A stretch of 64,000 bases of DNA from an uncultured Candidatus Saccharibacteria bacterium (GCA_964544225.1 CAZIZK010000001.1:143477-207476), one strand, 5' to 3'. Shown: positions 18,312 through 27,583, counted from the stretch's first letter. Numbers and translations are program-made. Notes: a model not told the origin generated them from the letters alone.

Positions 18312-20063
18312 TTACTCCGAGATAACACGCAACACTTCTTCTGTACTTGTTACACCTTGAACAGATAGGAATATTCCATCTTCGATCATACTTAGCATAC
18401 CTTCTTCTTTTGCTTGTTTCTCGATAGCTTCATCAGAGGCGCCCTTTAATATCAATTCTTTAATAGCAGGGGTCACCTTCATAACTTCATGTATACCAAT
18501 ACGGCCTTTGTATCCGTCAGGCGACTCGGTACTTGGCTTTGCGCGATAGAAAGGTATCTTGTCTATTGTGGCATCATCGGGAACAATCTTTTCAAATTTT
18601 AAGAATTTTAATATTCTTTCCAAGTCTACTACCTTTGACAGATTTGCTTTTTCTGCCTCACTCAGGAAATATTGTTCCTTTTCCTCTGTTAGTCTGCGTA
18701 CTAGACGCTGGGCGATAACAGTCTTTACTGTAGATACAATAAGGAATGGCTCTACACCCATATCGATCATACGAGGAATAGCCCCGGCAGATGAGTTGGT
18801 GTGTATGGTAGACAATACGAGGTGACCAGTAAGAGCTGCGTTGATACCAAGTGATGCTGTCTCTCCATCACGGATTTCCCCCACCATGATTATGTCAGGG
18901 TCCTGACGAAGAAGTGTACGCAAACCGTTAGAAAATGTCAGACCAATTTCAGACTTTGTTTGAGTCTGGTTTATACGTGGCATCTGGTATTCGATAGGGT
19001 CCTCTATCGTAGATATGTTTACCTCTGGAGTATTGAGGATATCCATCATTGTATATAGTGTAGTTGTCTTACCAGAACCAGTCGGCCCTGTGGCAAGCAA
19101 CATACCAGTGCGTTGCTTCATACCTTCGTGGATACGTTCTAGAGCTTCACCGTGAAAGCCAAGTCCCTCGAGAGAGAAGCCTTTTGAATTCTCACGCAAT
19201 AGACGGATAACAGTCTTCTCGCCATAGTATGTAGGTAGTGTTGATACACGGAAAGACACGCGACCTTGATCATTCTCTATCTTAAAACGTCCGTCTTGGG
19301 GCAACCTCTTTTCATCGAGCTTTAGATTTGAAAGGACTTTGATACGCGCAGTAATACCAGAAGCTGTATCTTTTGGTAGTGTCATAGCATCATGAAGGAT
19401 ACCGTCGATACGGTAGCGCACGATAACTGTTGTTTCCTCGGGTTCTATGTGCACGTCAGATGCACCCTGCAGTATCGCGTGAGATATAAGCGTGTCGACT
19501 ATCTTCACTATTGGCAGGTCCTCGGCCAGTTCTTTTAGGTCCTTCTCGCTCTGGGGTTCACCACTTGTATCATTAATAGCTTTGAGAGACACACTTTCCT
19601 TTTTTATTATGTCTTCAAAGTCAGCTTCGAGACTCTTCTTGTACAATGCCAATGCTTCCTTTATAGAGTCCGAGCTTGTAAGACGTGGAAGGATCTTTAC
19701 CCCCACCTTCTTCTTTATAGAGTCGATCACTGCCAAGTTCTCCACATCAAGCATCGCTACTTCCAAACCCTTATCACTTTGCTTATAAGCAATGATATTG
19801 TTATTGCGAGCGATAGGCTCAGGGATGAGTGACAGGACTGCAAAGTCGATCTTCTCCCCCTTTAGGCTTACAAAAGGTATACCCAGTACTACTGATTGCA
19901 TAGAACGATAATCCTTCTCGGTTAGTTTGCCTTCGGATATCAATATATCACCGACACTTTGACTAGTGTCATGCGATTTCTTTACGGCCATTTCAAGATC
20001 AGTTTTACTTAGAAGTCCTGATTCGCGAATTAGTTGTAAGATTTTATCTTCATCTATTTCCAT
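18312..20063 (-). CDS. pilB: type IV pilus assembly ATPase PilB (GspE family)
   Basis: Walker A GPTGSGKTTTLY, Asp/His boxes, and a C-terminal GspE ATPase core with an N-terminal GSPII_E-like domain. Confidence 0.95.
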   Translation of the reverse strand: MEIDEDKILQLIRESGLLSKTDLEMAVKKSHDTSQSVGDILISEGKLTEKDYRSMQSVVLGIPFVSLKGEKIDFAVLSLIPEPIARNNNIIAYKQSDKGLEVAMLDVENLAVIDSIKKKVGVKILPRLTSSDSIKEALALYKKSLEADFEDIIKKESVSLKAINDTSGEPQSEKDLKELAEDLPIVKIVDTLISHAILQGASDVHIEPEETTVIVRYRIDGILHDAMTLPKDTASGITARIKVLSNLKLDEKRLPQDGRFKIENDQGRVSFRVSTLPTYYGEKTVIRLLRENSKGFSLEGLGFHGEALERIHEGMKQRTGMLLATGPTGSGKTTTLYTMMDILNTPEVNISTIEDPIEYQMPRINQTQTKSEIGLTFSNGLRTLLRQDPDIIMVGEIRDGETASLGINAALTGHLVLSTIHTNSSAGAIPRMIDMGVEPFLIVSTVKTVIAQRLVRRLTEEKEQYFLSEAEKANLSKVVDLERILKFLKFEKIVPDDATIDKIPFYRAKPSTESPDGYKGRIGIHEVMKVTPAIKELILKGASDEAIEKQAKEEGMLSMIEDGIFLSVQGVTSTEEVLRVISE

Positions 20064-20081
20064 ATATAAATATTATACCAG

Positions 20082-20140
20082 AAAAAAATAAACATTATAC
20101 TATGTAATACACAGTATAATGTTTATTTTTATTTTTATTT
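20082..20140. terminator. bidirectional hairpin terminator separating the upstream surface-protein genes from pilB; overlaps the pilB extended -10
   Basis: Perfect 12-bp stem aaacattatact / agtataatgttt (20090-20101 / 20113-20124) with an 11-nt loop and A/T runs on both sides. On the minus strand TGGTATAAT lies 8 nt upstream of the pilB ATG. Confidence 0.65.
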
Positions 20141-20141
20141 T

Positions 20142-21743
20142 TTAGAAAGGTTTAAATATAGGTTTTATAGTTGTGCTGGATGCATTGGTACAGAATTTTA
20201 TTTTGAGTGATTTTGGATTAACATTTTGTGCGCTACCAGTAATTGTCAGAGTAATTTCTTCTAAAACTCCGGCACCAGGAGATGCAACAAGTAATGCATT
20301 GTATTCTGGTGTAGTAAGGGAAAGCTGTGCATCTACTGTATTGTGTGGGCCAGAACCATATGTAAATCCACCTGAAGGTGATATCGTAAATGTTCCCGAA
20401 TACGCACTACCTGAAACAGAAGCATCACTGATAAAACCATAGAGTGGATTCAATGTTAGAGTAACAGCACCTATGTATGTACCGAAACCATTATTGGCAA
20501 CAATAGCCCCAGGTGAACCTCCACATGAGGTTGCACCACTAACTGTATAATTCGGTAAACATACATTAGCTCGAGCTTGTCCAGAAGTGGCAGTACCCAT
20601 ATATGAACCGGAACCATTAGTACAAGAAAGTACATAATTTGTATTTTTGTCTTGATAATTTGTATCTAATTCTGTTCCAGGGGACGTACCACTAACACCA
20701 AAACTATAAGATGTCATCAAATCAGTTGTTTCCGCATCAATAGTACAAGAAGGAGTTGGGTCATTTGTAGACCAAGATATTATAGGACTACCGCCGGGGG
20801 CGACACAACTATTGTTGTAGCTCGCGCCCGCTGTCAGTGGTACGGCCGTAACACTAGCATTACCCGATGCATTGCGTGATCCGTCAGTACAAGTGAGGGT
20901 AAATACGGTTGTTGCATTAATAGGTACGTGAATATTTGAATATGTTCCGGAACTGGTGCTAACAGTCTTTACATTTGTCCAGTCAGTATCGGTGCCTGTA
21001 CCACTACCAGTACATGAAGTAGGAGTAAAGTCAGATACAGACCAAGTAAAGTCTACAGTGTCACCAGACAATATACTTGAGGAAGAAGGTGTTAATGTAA
21101 GTGTGGATGGTAAATCTATAAAAAATACTCCACCATTTGCAGGGTTATAACTGGAACCCGAGTCACCAGACATATCTACCCACCCCACAACGTCGTCACC
21201 CCACCAGTACCCAGAGGCAACATATACTGTTTGCCCAGTAAAACCTGTTCCCCAAGAAGTGTCTACAACATTTGTTGATCCAAAAGGTGCACTATATGTA
21301 GTACCCGTTGTTGCACCTAGTGATATCCACCCCTCCCATTTGTCTGTGCCTGTGGCTGTAGAATTCTTTGCGGAAATTGCTCGCCCCCAGCCACCAGCAC
21401 CCCAAGTGTTAGAGAAAGAAGAGAGCGTGCATCCTGTAGCCCCTGGTGGACAAGTCCCCCAGTCAGTAGGGTTAAAGCTGATCCAGCCCACATTGTTGTT
21501 CCAAGCATAGCCACTGACAATAGTACCATTCTTGTTCACTCCATAAGACACACTGCCACATGTAGAAGCGTCGCTCGGATTAGTACAATTATTAAAGCTG
21601 ATCCAGCCTATGTTCTCGCTCCAAGCTTTGCCAAATACGTTGTCAGAGGTACTAGCCTGTGCATGACCAGTAAAAATATTAAAAGAGAGCAAGCAGAAGA
21701 TTGCTATAAAGAAAGTAGATTTGATAATCTGGAAAAATTTCAT
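20142..21743 (-). CDS. secreted Cys/Thr/Gly-rich repeat protein (putative cell-surface protein)
   Basis: Signal peptide MKFFQIIKSTFFIAIFCLLSFNIFTGHAQA. Repeated Trp motifs (ENIGWISFNNCTNP, NNVGWISFNPTDWG, EGWISLG, VGWVDM), many Cys, and long Thr/Ser/Gly tracts. Start set at MKFF (21743). Confidence 0.55.
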   Translation of the reverse strand: MKFFQIIKSTFFIAIFCLLSFNIFTGHAQASTSDNVFGKAWSENIGWISFNNCTNPSDASTCGSVSYGVNKNGTIVSGYAWNNNVGWISFNPTDWGTCPPGATGCTLSSFSNTWGAGGWGRAISAKNSTATGTDKWEGWISLGATTGTTYSAPFGSTNVVDTSWGTGFTGQTVYVASGYWWGDDVVGWVDMSGDSGSSYNPANGGVFFIDLPSTLTLTPSSSSILSGDTVDFTWSVSDFTPTSCTGSGTGTDTDWTNVKTVSTSSGTYSNIHVPINATTVFTLTCTDGSRNASGNASVTAVPLTAGASYNNSCVAPGGSPIISWSTNDPTPSCTIDAETTDLMTSYSFGVSGTSPGTELDTNYQDKNTNYVLSCTNGSGSYMGTATSGQARANVCLPNYTVSGATSCGGSPGAIVANNGFGTYIGAVTLTLNPLYGFISDASVSGSAYSGTFTISPSGGFTYGSGPHNTVDAQLSLTTPEYNALLVASPGAGVLEEITLTITGSAQNVNPKSLKIKFCTNASSTTIKPIFKPF

Positions 21744-21845
21744 ATACAAATACATTATACTATATTCTAGAATGGTATCAATAAAAAAATGCATCATACC
21801 CGAAGATACAATGCATTTGAATATAGGAATTGCTATCGGAGGGTT

Positions 21846-23603
21846 TTAATCTCGGATGGACAATTTTGTTTGGTATGTTTTTTCGTTACTTTGAACAGTA
21901 ACGATGTACACACCAGTAGAAAGATCAGGCAAAGTTAAAGTGTTAGAGAGTAAAGTACCCTCAAAAACTTGTTTGCCAGAATATGAAAAAATATAAATTT
22001 TAGCTCCTGATACAGAATTGATGGTAAGAGTACCATTACTTGTAGCAGGATTCGGATATACATTTAAAGTGTTTGCTGAGTTCGTATGAACACCAGTATT
22101 TTGCGTTTGCAATGTTTGCGGATCAGAGTATTCACCCCATCCTGCAATATTGTGTGCACGTACTTTAATTGTATATGTGGAATTGGATTTTAGATTGGTT
22201 AGAGTGTAGTTATTCACTTTACCCAAATCAATCGTATTCCAATCAGCATTGTCAGCAGTTTTGTAAACAACTTCGAATCCATCGGCAACCGCACCGCCTG
22301 TTGGTAATGGGTTAGACCATTCAAGTGTTCCGTTCCAAACAACTGTTAGGTTAGGTTTAAAAGGTGCACGAGCAACTTTCACTAAATAACTGTAGACATC
22401 TGGGTTTTTTGACAAACCAGAAAGAAGGAAACCTCCATCAGACATCTCATTGATCTTTAAAACCAAAAACTGCTCGCCATCAATCGCTTCTTTTAACAGA
22501 AACATTGTGTCGGTTAGTGTTTTCGTTACGAGTATTTGGCAATACTTGTATTGATCGTTTTGATTGTTTAGTTGATACCCTAGTGAGGTCAGGTAGTAGA
22601 ATCGATTTACATCACTGTATTTCAACTCCGTCCTCATGCCACGGTTGTTTTTTAGAAATGGTATGACTATATCAGTTTTTTGCAAACCTGAGTTAGATAT
22701 AACTACCTTTCTTACTACATCCGTATTCAAACCGTTACCATAAATTACAAATTCAAATGAATCTTTGGCACAAAGCCTTGCACTTAATTTCTCATAGAAA
22801 TAATCACCCTTTCGAAGAGTTGGCAATGGTGTTACGTAATGCCACTTTTCCATTATCTGTAAACTAACAACTCCAATAGTCTGGTTGTTAAATTTTGACA
22901 AACAATAGAAGTCGTACTGATAAGATTCTGATGAAGTCCACATAAAAAATGTGTCCTTCCTTGTAACAAGAATGATTTCATCTTGAAAAATATTCAAGCT
23001 AATTGGAGAATAAGATATAGGTACATCTGCTGACTCCAGCATTTCACCTGTCTTCTTATTCACTGTAAACAAAACCCCCGAAAAAGCTACAATAAAATAC
23101 TCATTAGACTCTACAACCTTACCGGTTATTTGAATCATGTTTATATTTTTGACTTTATCTGAGATTACCTTAAAGCTTTCATAATTCTTCTGCCAAACAA
23201 CTTTACCTTCTTCTGAGATTAATGTCAGCTGTGGAACAGCTTCTATCCTTGATTTAAAAGTGTCTTTTGTTGTTATCAACTTTGATAAAACAAGAAGTCC
23301 AGAATTCGGAATATGGATCTTATCCAATAAATTTCCGATAGTAGTATCGCAAGAAACTATTTTTTTATTACCAAGATTTTCATCAAAAGTAAAAAAAGAC
23401 AGTTCACCCTGTGATATAGAATTGGATGGTATGGAAGTATAAATAACCCCAGATACACCCAAATTAGTCGTGGTAGCCTCAAAAGAGGTTCCACCAAACC
23501 CTTGTAGGGTTGAGATCTTCAAGCCCATGTCTTGGGCTGTAGCTACGCTAGGTGCACTTGCAATAGCAAGAGCCACTACTAGCAAAAACGTATACTTTTT
23601 CAT
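21846..23603 (-). CDS. secreted protein with fibronectin type III domain and T9SS-type C-terminal sorting domain
   Basis: Signal peptide MKKYTFLLVVALAIASAPSVATAQ. FN3-like segment (PLPTGGAVADGFEVVYKTADNADWNTIDLGKVNNYTLTNLKSNSTYTIKVRAHNIAGWGEYS). Final approx. 75 aa (NVYPNPATSNGTLTINSVSGAKIYIFSYSGKQVFEGTLLSNTLTLPDLSTGVYIVTVQSNEKTYQTKLSI) match the Por/T9SS CTD consensus (YPNP, GxY..V...K..K..). Confidence 0.7.
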   Translation of the reverse strand: MKKYTFLLVVALAIASAPSVATAQDMGLKISTLQGFGGTSFEATTTNLGVSGVIYTSIPSNSISQGELSFFTFDENLGNKKIVSCDTTIGNLLDKIHIPNSGLLVLSKLITTKDTFKSRIEAVPQLTLISEEGKVVWQKNYESFKVISDKVKNINMIQITGKVVESNEYFIVAFSGVLFTVNKKTGEMLESADVPISYSPISLNIFQDEIILVTRKDTFFMWTSSESYQYDFYCLSKFNNQTIGVVSLQIMEKWHYVTPLPTLRKGDYFYEKLSARLCAKDSFEFVIYGNGLNTDVVRKVVISNSGLQKTDIVIPFLKNNRGMRTELKYSDVNRFYYLTSLGYQLNNQNDQYKYCQILVTKTLTDTMFLLKEAIDGEQFLVLKINEMSDGGFLLSGLSKNPDVYSYLVKVARAPFKPNLTVVWNGTLEWSNPLPTGGAVADGFEVVYKTADNADWNTIDLGKVNNYTLTNLKSNSTYTIKVRAHNIAGWGEYSDPQTLQTQNTGVHTNSANTLNVYPNPATSNGTLTINSVSGAKIYIFSYSGKQVFEGTLLSNTLTLPDLSTGVYIVTVQSNEKTYQTKLSIRD

Positions 23604-23715
23604 ATTTTATTTTCAAATAGAGTTTGATTACATTATCCCATATAAAAGCAAATAAAGTCAAGCAAATGCCTGACTTTATCCACAGTAGCCAAGAAGGCTA
23701 TATTTTATAAGGTTA

Positions 23716-24858
23716 TTATAGGGTATATGTAATCTTTACAGCACCTTGTGCACCTTGACCTCCCAGAGGCCAGTCACTAGGTGCAGACTTTCCATAAGGC
23801 CATTGATTCAATCCCTCACCATACCTACCAACAGTAAATATGTATACCTCACCAGGATTAACAGTAACATCGAATTTGACATACCCTGCCCCACCGCCAC
23901 CAGCATGACCATCTTGACCCTCAAAAAGAGGATCATTGAGATAAGAATCTCCAGAATATCCTCCTGTTCCCCCAAAGCCTGAACCTCCTACACCATATAT
24001 GGTAGGAGTTGTACCATCTGATCCATAAGAACCTACATTCATAACAGAACTACCGCAAGTAACACCAACCATTGAACCAGGATCACCACCAGCACCGCCA
24101 GATACGCCAGACACTCCAGCACTAGCCCCTCCCTCCCCACCGGATCCACCTGTGCCTCCAGTAAATAAAGAAGGACACCCGCTACCTGTTGGGCTACTAC
24201 TACTAGTTGCATTACCACCATTACCACCATTAGTTTGTGTTACATATGTAAATTTTGAATATGTTGGTGTTGTATATGTACCACCAGCACCTCCTATTGT
24301 GCCTGAACCTTTTTTGCCACCTTTTGCAATGACTTTATTAGCAAAACTTCCTGACCAATAAAATGTAGTATCACCTCCATCTGAATTAACACTTGAATCA
24401 TTACCACCACCTCCACCCCAGATCTCAACAGTCATAGCTGTTACATTGGTTGGTATATATATCTCTGCATCACTCTGATATACAATAGACAATGTATCTC
24501 CTGCACACAATTCCAGCACTCCATCGCTGTCAGCACACACCTTTTGACTACCGGTTGAAATCAAAGTATCTGCTTTTATACTCCCCTCAATATCTGCGCC
24601 CCCAGCAACAGCAAGCCCAGTAGATAATATGTAGCCTATAACATCAAGCTTGTAAGGGCTAGTTGCCGCAGCGGTACTTGCAATAGCCAGTGTCCCTGCC
24701 TTTGCTTGGTCAGAAGCAGAAGTATCAATAGGTGCCGATGCGGTGCCATTGTCAACAGGACTTGCAGTAGGTGCTGTCCATGTTGCCCCGGCAAATGATA
24801 TACCCACGGCCAATACTAGGCCTAGTATGATTGATTTGATTTGATTTTTATAATTCAT
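23716..24858 (-). CDS. secreted glycine-rich protein (paralogous N-terminal module with the next gene)
   Basis: Signal peptide. N-terminal module KAGTLAIASTAAATSPYKLDVIGYILSTG...VCADSDGVLELC, then Gly-rich low-complexity repeats (GGNGGNATSSS, GGTGGSGGEGGASAGVSGVSGGAGG). Confidence 0.5.
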   Translation of the reverse strand: MNYKNQIKSIILGLVLAVGISFAGATWTAPTASPVDNGTASAPIDTSASDQAKAGTLAIASTAAATSPYKLDVIGYILSTGLAVAGGADIEGSIKADTLISTGSQKVCADSDGVLELCAGDTLSIVYQSDAEIYIPTNVTAMTVEIWGGGGGNDSSVNSDGGDTTFYWSGSFANKVIAKGGKKGSGTIGGAGGTYTTPTYSKFTYVTQTNGGNGGNATSSSSPTGSGCPSLFTGGTGGSGGEGGASAGVSGVSGGAGGDPGSMVGVTCGSSVMNVGSYGSDGTTPTIYGVGGSGFGGTGGYSGDSYLNDPLFEGQDGHAGGGGAGYVKFDVTVNPGEVYIFTVGRYGEGLNQWPYGKSAPSDWPLGGQGAQGAVKITYTL

Positions 24859-24884
24859 AATAGATTTATTCTAATTAATAATAA

Positions 24885-25274
24885 TTAACATATAATAAGT
24901 GTTCCTGTAGTGTCTGCGCATACGTTACTTGTGCCAGATGAAGACAATGCATCGTTGGTAACAGTACCTGTAATAGACATATTTCCACCAACACCACTCG
25001 CCTTTATCACAGATACGCCTGTACTATATATAGAGCCTCGGACATCTAGCTTGTAACCCACAGTCAGTATAGGTGCAGTAGTAGAACCATCACCCACTTT
25101 TAACCCCCCAGCTTTGAACTCATCTGTAGTAGTGGTAGAAGTATCTTCGTGGATAAGCCCTATACCATTATCACTCGGAGGGGTTGCTGGTCGTGAAGCC
25201 AATACGTATTGGAAAGTCACCGCCAAGAGCGACCCGATGATAATTATTTGTAATAATGCTGTGTATTTCTTCAT
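24885..25274 (-). CDS. small secreted protein, paralogue of the N-terminal module of the 23716-24858 protein
   Basis: Signal peptide; KAGGLKVGDGSTTAPILTVGYKLDVRGSIYSTG...VCADTTGTLIIC aligns with the neighbour's N-terminus, including the conserved Cys pair. Confidence 0.5.
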   Translation of the reverse strand: MKKYTALLQIIIIGSLLAVTFQYVLASRPATPPSDNGIGLIHEDTSTTTTDEFKAGGLKVGDGSTTAPILTVGYKLDVRGSIYSTGVSVIKASGVGGNMSITGTVTNDALSSSGTSNVCADTTGTLIIC

Positions 25275-25279
25275 ATATT

Positions 25280-25612
25280 TTACGAATTAAGGAAGTCTAA
25301 TGTCTTTTGCTTCTGTTCGGGGGTCTGCACTGGAACCTTCTTTGCCTGCTTTTCCAAAGCTTTGCCTATTGCCTGCTTTTCCTTTAGTGTTGTGTCTGTC
25401 TGCACCTGAGTGTCGAGCCATGCTGCCGACTCAGATATCCTCTTTGCGCGGTCATACTCCATCTTCTTCTCTTTGCCTTTGTTCACCACTATATATACGA
25501 TACCAGCACATACAATAATAGACAGTACTATCATCAATACCTTCTTTGTATCAGGCTTTGGAATCTTCCATTTACTTTTTACTTCAGGATTATCCGAAAT
25601 AATATTATTCAT
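25280..25612 (-). CDS. small single-TM membrane protein, Lys/Gln-rich
   Basis: One TM helix (VLMIVLSIIVCAGIVYIVV) and a charged coiled C-terminus. Confidence 0.4.
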   Translation of the reverse strand: MNNIISDNPEVKSKWKIPKPDTKKVLMIVLSIIVCAGIVYIVVNKGKEKKMEYDRAKRISESAAWLDTQVQTDTTLKEKQAIGKALEKQAKKVPVQTPEQKQKTLDFLNS

Positions 25613-25630
25613 ATATTTATTTTACTACAA

Positions 25631-25659
25631 TTGACCAAAATAAAGAAATCAGGTATTAT
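25631..25659 (+). promoter_or_regulatory. sigma70-type promoter upstream of nusA
   Basis: TTGACC, a 17-nt spacer, then TATTAT. The 15-nt block AAATCAGGTATTATG is identical to one in the rny promoter. Confidence 0.5.
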
Positions 25660-25724
25660 GTGGATATCAAGTCCGTTCTCGAAACCGGGCTTTTTTTATA
25701 AAAAATTTAATAACAACTAAATAT

Positions 25725-26966
25725 ATGTTAGATCTAAAAACAATGAAATCAGCTCTTGAACAGCTGGAAGAAGAGCGTAAAATACCAAAAGACAAGATAA
25801 TCGATGCTATCGAGCAAGCTTTGGCCGCCGCCTACAAGAAGGATTACGGAAAGAAAGGCCAGATCATCCGATGTCACTTCAATATGGAGACAGGCGATAC
25901 CGAATTCTACCAAGTAAAGATAGTGGTGGACGAATCTTTGGTGCGTGTAGTTACCGATGAGGATGAGGAGATAGCCGAGGATGACGAGCGTACTCGCTAC
26001 AATGAAGAGCACCACATCATGGTAGAGGATGCAAAACGTATCAAGACAGATGCGAGTCTCGAAGATGAGATCACTTTCCCACTTGAGACTATGGACGACT
26101 TCGGTCGTATTGCAGCCCAGACAGCAAAGCAAGTAATAATCCAAAAGATCCGCGAGGCAGAGCGTGGCGCAATAATCGAGGAATACGGTAGCAAAGAAGG
26201 CGAGATAATCAATGGATTTATCGATAAAGTAGAACGCGGTATGGTGTATGTCAGCTTCAACCGTGCCATGGGTATTATGCCTCCGGAGGAGCAGATTCCT
26301 GGCGAGTTCTATCGTCGTGGTGACCGTGTCCGTGCATACCTATACGCAGTAGAGGAGACTCCTCGTGGAGTGAATTTGAAACTCTCACGTTCCCACCCAC
26401 AATTCATCGAAGGCCTATTTAAAGTTGAAGCTCCAGAGATAGCGAGTGGCGTTGTAGAGATCAAGTCTATCGCCCGCGAAGCCGGTGCCCGATCAAAGAT
26501 AGCTGTATATTCAAACGATGAACATATCGACCCAGTAGGTTCATGTGTTGGTCAGCGTGGATCACGTGTGACAACAGTCATGAGTGAGCTTGGTGGTGAG
26601 AAGATCGATATTATCCCTTGGTCAAACGACCCTATGGAATATGTATCTAGTGCTGTATCTCCAGCCAAAGTATTGAGTATCGATATAAATGAAGACGAAC
26701 ACAAAGCAGTGATCGAAGTTGCAGATGACCAGCTATCTCTTGCTATTGGTAAGGGTGGCCAGAACGTGCGCCTAGCGGCAAAGCTAACAGGATGGAGGAT
26801 CGATATAAAGGGCATGCCTGCAGAAGGAGCTGTAAGTGGACAAACTGACATGGCAGATGAAGATGATACAATATCAGAAGATGTTGATCTAGAAGACGGC
26901 ATCGTAGATGATGGAACAGATGCAGTAGTATCTGTAGAAAGTGATGAAGAAGTAAAGGAAGAATAA
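25725..26966 (+). CDS. nusA: transcription termination/antitermination factor NusA with acidic C-terminal tail
   Basis: NusA N-domain, S1 and two KH regions (VEIKSIAREAGARSKIAV, GSCVGQRGSRV, KGGQNVRLAAKLTGWRIDI), plus an Asp/Glu-rich tail. Confidence 0.9.
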   Translation: MLDLKTMKSALEQLEEERKIPKDKIIDAIEQALAAAYKKDYGKKGQIIRCHFNMETGDTEFYQVKIVVDESLVRVVTDEDEEIAEDDERTRYNEEHHIMVEDAKRIKTDASLEDEITFPLETMDDFGRIAAQTAKQVIIQKIREAERGAIIEEYGSKEGEIINGFIDKVERGMVYVSFNRAMGIMPPEEQIPGEFYRRGDRVRAYLYAVEETPRGVNLKLSRSHPQFIEGLFKVEAPEIASGVVEIKSIAREAGARSKIAVYSNDEHIDPVGSCVGQRGSRVTTVMSELGGEKIDIIPWSNDPMEYVSSAVSPAKVLSIDINEDEHKAVIEVADDQLSLAIGKGGQNVRLAAKLTGWRIDIKGMPAEGAVSGQTDMADEDDTISEDVDLEDGIVDDGTDAVVSVESDEEVKEE

Positions 26967-26991
26967 TTATTAAATTAATTTTTTAAATTTT

Positions 26992-27576
26992 ATGGCAAAC
27001 ATAGATCACAAACCAAGTAAGTACATGCTAAATCTTCAGCACGTATTACCTGCATTCGTAGATAAAGAAAAGAAAGTTATAAACGGAATTGTAGAGATCA
27101 ACTCTGGTTCAATAAATAAATACGAATTGATTACAGAAAGTGGCCAATTGAAGCTGGATCGTGTTGGGTACTCTTCACTTGCATACCCAGTAGCATATGG
27201 TGCAATCCCTAAGACTTGGGATCAAGATGGTGATATGCTCGACTTTGTTATAGCAAATGTAACAGAGCCACTGATCCCAGGCTCACTTGTAGAACTACGC
27301 GTAATAGGAATAATGAAATTCGAAGACGGTGGTGAGCGTGATGACAAAGTTATCACAGTATTGTCAGACGACAAGAGAATGGATCATATCACTTCATACG
27401 AAGAGCTTGGTCCACACTGGCAAAAGGAAACTGAGCACTATTTCGAATATTACAAACACCTAAAGAAGCCAGGTACTTGTAAGCCTCTTGGATTCTTTGA
27501 TAAAGATGAGGCAATAAAAATAATTGAAGAGTGTGAAGAAAGATACCAGACTGATTACGCATCAAAAGTAGAATAA
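26992..27576 (+). CDS. ppa: inorganic pyrophosphatase (family I)
   Basis: DQDGDMLDFV plus GERDDK active-site aspartate clusters, beta-barrel PPase length and layout. Confidence 0.85.
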   Translation: MANIDHKPSKYMLNLQHVLPAFVDKEKKVINGIVEINSGSINKYELITESGQLKLDRVGYSSLAYPVAYGAIPKTWDQDGDMLDFVIANVTEPLIPGSLVELRVIGIMKFEDGGERDDKVITVLSDDKRMDHITSYEELGPHWQKETEHYFEYYKHLKKPGTCKPLGFFDKDEAIKIIEECEERYQTDYASKVE

Positions 27577-27583
27577 TAAAAAA

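Noticed and set aside
24039-24361. Val/Leu-rich and Pro-rich ORFs on either strand inside the Gly-rich secreted protein gene.
   Set aside because: They are artefacts of the GGT/GGA-rich low-complexity coding repeats (reverse or shifted frames reading as Pro/Val runs).
25660-25724. Possible hairpin or attenuator (aagtccgttctcgaaaccgggcttttttt) in the nusA leader.
   Set aside because: I could not fold a convincing stem by eye (ccgtt vs aaccgg mismatched). It may just be a T-rich spacer, so I left it unannotated.
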